The notes below the pieces were generated by a model. That model was given only the letters and a program-made list of their open reading frames with translations. It ran no database searches and was not told the DNA's origin. A program made the position numbers and the translations under genes. This document shows, in pieces, positions 59,840 through 64,000 of a stretch of DNA of 64,000 bases; positions within the stretch are counted from its first letter, which is position 1; every line of letters starts with the position of its first letter. The stretch spans positions 76,581 through 140,580 of the forward strand of contig JBMOIJ010000002.1 in NCBI GenBank assembly GCA_049317385.1, given 5' to 3'. The DNA comes from Acidimicrobiia bacterium (GTDB taxonomy: Bacteria > Actinomycetota > Acidimicrobiia > IMCC26256 > JBMOIJ01).

Positions 59840-61491
59840 TGCCCCACCACTCCTGCGCGACCGTTGGCCACGAACCGTTCGTGGAGCATGCGTACATCAT
59901 CGGCGGTCATGGGCGCGAGCGCGTCGTTGCGTTCGGGGCGCCACCACACCGGTTCGGTCGTGTTCCACCGCTCGGTTCGTAATGCGGTCTTGTCGGTCTT
60001 CTGCGTTGCGCCCACCGGCATCTGCGGGGTGACGCGCACGTAGCGGGGCGCCCACTTCGTGCCGAGGTCGGGTTGCTCGGCGAGAAATGCGTCGAATGCG
60101 GCGGCGTCGAATGCCGCAGGGTTGTCAACTTCGAGCACGGCCATCACCTGGTCGTCGGCCGTGTGCTCGTCGGGCACGCCGAACACTGCAACTCCGTGCG
60201 CGCCGGGGAAGCGTTCGAGGATGCGTTCGACCGGCGCGCCCGCGAAGTTCTCGGCGTCGACTCGGATCCAGTCGGCCGAACGGCCGGCGAAATAGAAGAT
60301 GCCGGCTTCGTCGCGGTAGCCGAGGTCGCCCGACCAATACCAGCCGTTGCGGGTGCGAGCCCGCGTCGCTTCTTCGTTCTTGTAGTAGCCCTCGAACCGG
60401 TTGAGCGCAGTGCGCCCGACGATCTCGCCCGTGGCCTCCTCGGCGTTGCACAACTTGCCCTGCTCGTCGAAGCGCGCACGGGGTCGCTCCTCGCCCGTGT
60501 CGGGGTCGACGATGGCCACGTCGAGGCCCGGCAATGGTTCGCCGAGCGCGTCCTTGGGCAGCCCCGGCTTGGGCACCATGATCACGGCGTTCTCGCTCGA
60601 CCCGTAGCCCGCCACCACGTAACAGCCGAAGCGCTTGCCGAACGCTTTGATGTCGGGCGTGCTCGACTCGGGCGCCAACACCACTTTCAGCGGGTTGTCG
60701 CGGTCGTGATCAGTGGGCGGCGTCGCGAGGATGTACGCGAGCGCGCGCCCCACGGTGCTCGAGAACGTGGCGCCGTAGTGCACCACGTCGGGCAAGAACG
60801 CCGAGGCCGAGAACTTGCGCCGCAACACGATGGTGGCGCCCGTTGCCAATGCCGGGAAGATGATCGCGTTCAAGGCGTTGCCATGGAACAACGGCATCGG
60901 GCAGTACAACACGTCGTCGGCGGTGAAGCCCATCCCGCCGATCACTCCGCACGCCCGCCCGTGCGACATCTGCACCGCCTTCGGTGCACCGCTCGTTCCC
61001 GACGTGAAGATGAGCAGGAAGAGATCGCTCGGCTGCACATCGGCGTGCACCGGCGCCGAAGTGCGAGCCGCCTCCAGCTGGGCGGCGTACGCCGCGCCGT
61101 CGTATTCGAGGACGTGATCGTTTGCTGCACCAAGATCGAGGCCGGCGAGCAGCTCGGCGTGGGCCGAATCGGTGATGACCACCTGGCAGTCGGTGTGGGT
61201 GATGTCGCGCGCGAGCTCGGCACCGCGCCGCGTGGGATTGATGCCCACGAGCACTGCGCCACTGAGCGCGACACCACCAAGGAGGAATACGAACTCGGGC
61301 ACGTTGTCGAGCAGCACGCCCACATGGAACGGCGTGCGCTCACCCACCGCATCACGCAGCAACGCGGCACGCGTCTGCATCTCGGCCACGATCTCGCGCC
61401 AGGTCCACGACTGGTCTTCGAAGCGCAACCCCGCCGAATCGTCGGTGGCTCGCTGCGCGATGAACGCTGCGATGGTGTCGCCGTCACCCAA
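59836..61491 (-). CDS. acyl-CoA synthetase / AMP-dependent ligase (FadD-like)
   Basis: AMP-binding motifs are IFTSGTSGAPKA, GYGSSE and SGDLGYRDEAGIFYFAGR. The proposed TTG start at 61491 overlaps the ALDH stop, so the start is uncertain. Confidence 0.8.
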   Translation of the reverse strand: MGDGDTIAAFIAQRATDDSAGLRFEDQSWTWREIVAEMQTRAALLRDAVGERTPFHVGVLLDNVPEFVFLLGGVALSGAVLVGINPTRRGAELARDITHTDCQVVITDSAHAELLAGLDLGAANDHVLEYDGAAYAAQLEAARTSAPVHADVQPSDLFLLIFTSGTSGAPKAVQMSHGRACGVIGGMGFTADDVLYCPMPLFHGNALNAIIFPALATGATIVLRRKFSASAFLPDVVHYGATFSSTVGRALAYILATPPTDHDRDNPLKVVLAPESSTPDIKAFGKRFGCYVVAGYGSSENAVIMVPKPGLPKDALGEPLPGLDVAIVDPDTGEERPRARFDEQGKLCNAEEATGEIVGRTALNRFEGYYKNEEATRARTRNGWYWSGDLGYRDEAGIFYFAGRSADWIRVDAENFAGAPVERILERFPGAHGVAVFGVPDEHTADDQVMAVLEVDNPAAFDAAAFDAFLAEQPDLGTKWAPRYVRVTPQMPVGATQKTDKTALRTERWNTTEPVWWRPERNDALAPMTADDVRMLHERFVANGRAGVVGQ

Positions 61492-62917
61492 TGGACTTGA
61501 CCTCGAGGAACTCTTCCAGGCCTTCGCGACCGTACTCACGACCGATTCCACTCTGCTTGTACCCGCCGAAGGGCGCCACGAAGTCAGGCGCAAACTTGTT
61601 CACGCCGATGGTGCCGGTGCGCACGCGCCGTGCCACGTCACGACCGTGTTCCTTGTCGGCCGTCCAGACCGAACCAGCCAATCCGTAGTCACTGTCGTTC
61701 GCGATGCGAATGGCGTCGCGCTCGTCGTCGTAAGGAATGACCACGATGACCGGACCGAAGATCTCTTCGCGCGCCACCCGCATGTCGTTGGACGCATTCG
61801 CGAACACGGTGGGCTTGATGTACCAACCGTGTTCAATGCCATCAGGCATGCCCGGTCCGCCGACCGCAACCTGCGCGCCTTCGTCCACGCCGATACCGAT
61901 GTAGCCCGCCACCCGTTCTTGTTGTCGTCGCGCCACCATCGGCCCGATTTCGGTGGCCTCGTCGGCCGGGTCACCCACGTGCAGACTGCGCACGGTGTCG
62001 GCGAACGCATCGACGAACTCGTCGTGCCGTGCGCGCGACACCAACACGCGCGTCTGCGCCGCGCAGGCCTGGCCGCTGTTGACGAAGGAGGCGAAACGCA
62101 GGCCCTTCACAGTGCGGGCGATGTCGGCGTCGTCGAGCACGATGGCCGCGCTCTTCCCGCCGAGTTCCAAGCTGCAGCGTTTGATCTGCTCACCGCAGAT
62201 GCCACCAATACGACGACCCGCCGCAGTGGACCCGGTGAACGCGATCTTGTCGACACCGGCGTGGCGCACCAGGTGCTCGCCCACCTCGCGACCGGCGGGC
62301 AGCACGCTCACGACGCCCGGAGGGAATCCGGATTCGTGGATCCATTCGGCCATCTTCAGTGCGTCGAGTGGCGTCTCGGGCGACGGCTTCACCACGACTG
62401 CGCAGCCGGCAAGCAGCGCCGGCGCGAGCTTCGACATGATGGTGATCTGCGGCACGTTCCACGGCGCGATCGCACCGACAACACCCACGGGTTCCCGCCG
62501 CACGGTGACGGGCATCCCGGTGATGCCGGTGCGTTGCTCCTCCCATGCGAAGTCGTCGGCCATGCGGACATAGGTGTCGATGAGCGCCCACGCCGCGGCC
62601 GACTGCCCCATCTTCGAAAACGCGATCGGTGAGCCCATCTCGCCGGTGATGCACTCGGCCATTTCGTCGACTCCCGCCAGGTACCGATCGGCGAAGCGGC
62701 GCAACACTGCGGCGCGCTCGCTCGGCGGTAGGAACGGCCATTCGCTCTCGTCGAAGGCGCGGCGCGCGGCCACAACGGCGCGGTCGACGTCAGCTGGCGT
62801 GGCGTCGGGGGTGCGGCCGTGCAGTTCTTCGCTGACCGGCGAAATCACGTCGATGGTTTCACTCCCGGCCGGGTCAACCCACTCGCCCCCGATGTAGAGC
62901 TGGCGATACTCGATCAT
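61484..62917 (-). CDS. NAD(P)-dependent aldehyde dehydrogenase
   Basis: The ATG at 62917 overlaps the upstream stop (ATGA). Motifs are FTGSTAAGR, LELGGKSA, GQACAAQTR and EEIFGPV. Confidence 0.9.
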   Translation of the reverse strand: MIEYRQLYIGGEWVDPAGSETIDVISPVSEELHGRTPDATPADVDRAVVAARRAFDESEWPFLPPSERAAVLRRFADRYLAGVDEMAECITGEMGSPIAFSKMGQSAAAWALIDTYVRMADDFAWEEQRTGITGMPVTVRREPVGVVGAIAPWNVPQITIMSKLAPALLAGCAVVVKPSPETPLDALKMAEWIHESGFPPGVVSVLPAGREVGEHLVRHAGVDKIAFTGSTAAGRRIGGICGEQIKRCSLELGGKSAAIVLDDADIARTVKGLRFASFVNSGQACAAQTRVLVSRARHDEFVDAFADTVRSLHVGDPADEATEIGPMVARRQQERVAGYIGIGVDEGAQVAVGGPGMPDGIEHGWYIKPTVFANASNDMRVAREEIFGPVIVVIPYDDERDAIRIANDSDYGLAGSVWTADKEHGRDVARRVRTGTIGVNKFAPDFVAPFGGYKQSGIGREYGREGLEEFLEVKSIG

Positions 62918-63960
62918 GCGGACTCCTGGTCGTGGCGCGCGATGCGCGCCGTGATGACGTCGAGGATGGGGTTGTCGGCAATGGGAAAGAAGTTGGGGAC
63001 ACCGGCCCGTTCGTGCAGCACGGCGATACGCGTCATGATCGACGTACTGCGCACGAGCGCAAAGATCTCGAACCACGGCATGGCTTGCAGCGGGCGGCCG
63101 ATGCGCGCCTCGAACGCTGCTTGCGCCGCGTTGCGGGTGGGGAACCCGTCCACCCGGCACCGCAACATCTCGTCCTGCATCGATTCGAGCGCCCAACACC
63201 ACCCCAGGTCGTGTTCGGGCGCGCCGATGCTCACCATCTCCCAGTCGAGTACGGCGGCGACGTGTCGCTGCTCGTCGAAGATGAGGTTGCCCATGCGCAC
63301 GTCGCCCCACAGCAATGCGTTCGGCGGATCAGCCGGGCGCGTGCGCGTGCACCACTCGAGCGCGTCATGCAGCGTGGGCACGATGCGGTGCCCGTCGGCG
63401 TACCAGTCGAGATACGCGCGCCAATACGCCAACTCGGCGTCGAGGTCGCGAGTGGGCACCACCTCAGCCAACGCGTCGGTGGGTACGGCATGCACGGCCG
63501 CAATGGCATCGAGAAAGCAGCCGTAGAGCGCGTCCTGCGCGGCGCCGCTCAGGTCGGTGATCCACGGGTCGGTCTGCGGCGTACTGGCCGGCACATGGCC
63601 ATCAACTTTTGGCATCACCAGGAACGGCACGCCGAAGTACTGCTCGTCGGCGACGCATTCAACCGGGGCCGCCGGCACGCCGTGCGCGCGCACGTGGTCT
63701 TGCACTGCCGCCTGCACATCGAGGCGGTACGACGGGAAGATGCCTTCCCCCAGGGGCGGCAGTCGGAACACGAACGACTGATCCCGCGACACTCCCCCAA
63801 CCGTGAGCGCCGCGCGTACAAGCACGGTTTCGCTGGAGAGTCCATCGGATGGGCGCTCGCACGTGAGCACATCCACGCCGGACGCGCCGCGCGCGTCGTG
63901 CAACCAGCGCGTAATGCCGGCCACGACATCGTCGAGCTCGCGTGCAACGGCCAACGGCAT
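62914..63960 (-). CDS. phosphotransferase (APH/choline-kinase-like) family protein
   Basis: Brenner-type motifs are LLWGDVRMGNLIF and VLDWEM. It is the first gene of the four-gene coupled operon. Confidence 0.75.
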   Translation of the reverse strand: MPLAVARELDDVVAGITRWLHDARGASGVDVLTCERPSDGLSSETVLVRAALTVGGVSRDQSFVFRLPPLGEGIFPSYRLDVQAAVQDHVRAHGVPAAPVECVADEQYFGVPFLVMPKVDGHVPASTPQTDPWITDLSGAAQDALYGCFLDAIAAVHAVPTDALAEVVPTRDLDAELAYWRAYLDWYADGHRIVPTLHDALEWCTRTRPADPPNALLWGDVRMGNLIFDEQRHVAAVLDWEMVSIGAPEHDLGWCWALESMQDEMLRCRVDGFPTRNAAQAAFEARIGRPLQAMPWFEIFALVRSTSIMTRIAVLHERAGVPNFFPIADNPILDVITARIARHDQESA

Positions 63961-64000
63961 CGGTCCCCCTTGGTTTCGAGGGCGACGCTAGTGCTCGGTG

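Overview
This is a high-GC, densely coding chromosome segment with an actinobacterial-type gene repertoire. About 60 genes can be supported, and many are joined by 1-4 nt start/stop overlaps (ATGA, GTGA, TGATG). Most long ORFs in the track are antisense shadow frames of real genes. I re-derived several starts from motif position, ribosome-binding sites and stop/start coupling. Housekeeping content includes: sulfate assimilation (cysH-cysD-cysN); a STAS plus PAS/GAF-PP2C-RsbW partner-switching pair; a Liv-type ABC importer with TetR; aconitase; thiD; an OmpR/HK two-component pair; ribB; pdxH; two acyl-CoA dehydrogenases; and a P450/FadD/ALDH/phosphotransferase operon. Two accessory regions stand out. 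(1) At 18.7-26.0 kb there is an island that is visibly lower in GC. It carries a complete, compact type II-C CRISPR-Cas9 system: a divergent tracrRNA, cas9 (about 990 aa), cas1, cas2, and 16 x 36-nt repeats with 15 spacers. A DEDDh exonuclease-BRCT-DUF2510 gene ends 24 nt from the array. G:U wobble logic in the anti-repeat indicates that crRNA and tracrRNA are read antisense to the cas operon. (2) At 30.0-38.0 kb there is a minimal type VII-like secretion locus built differently from the canonical actinobacterial ESX core. It has a membrane pseudokinase (catalytic loop HGKCGPSN) translationally coupled to an EssC/EccC-type triple-FtsK ATPase with an N-terminal ubiquitin-like and FHA-like region, then three ~90-100 aa helical WXG100-like proteins and a 288-aa candidate effector. 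Smaller oddities are a truncated crcB remnant, a single-polypeptide LivH-LivM-LivF fusion, a bacterial SET-domain gene, a tandem pair of unknown paralogs, a crtQ/crtO-like pair coupled to pdxH, a DUF222-HNH gene ending in a 24-bp tandem repeat, and a UGSC-family/NifU-like/MarR operon. All family assignments come from reading motifs by eye. No database search was run.
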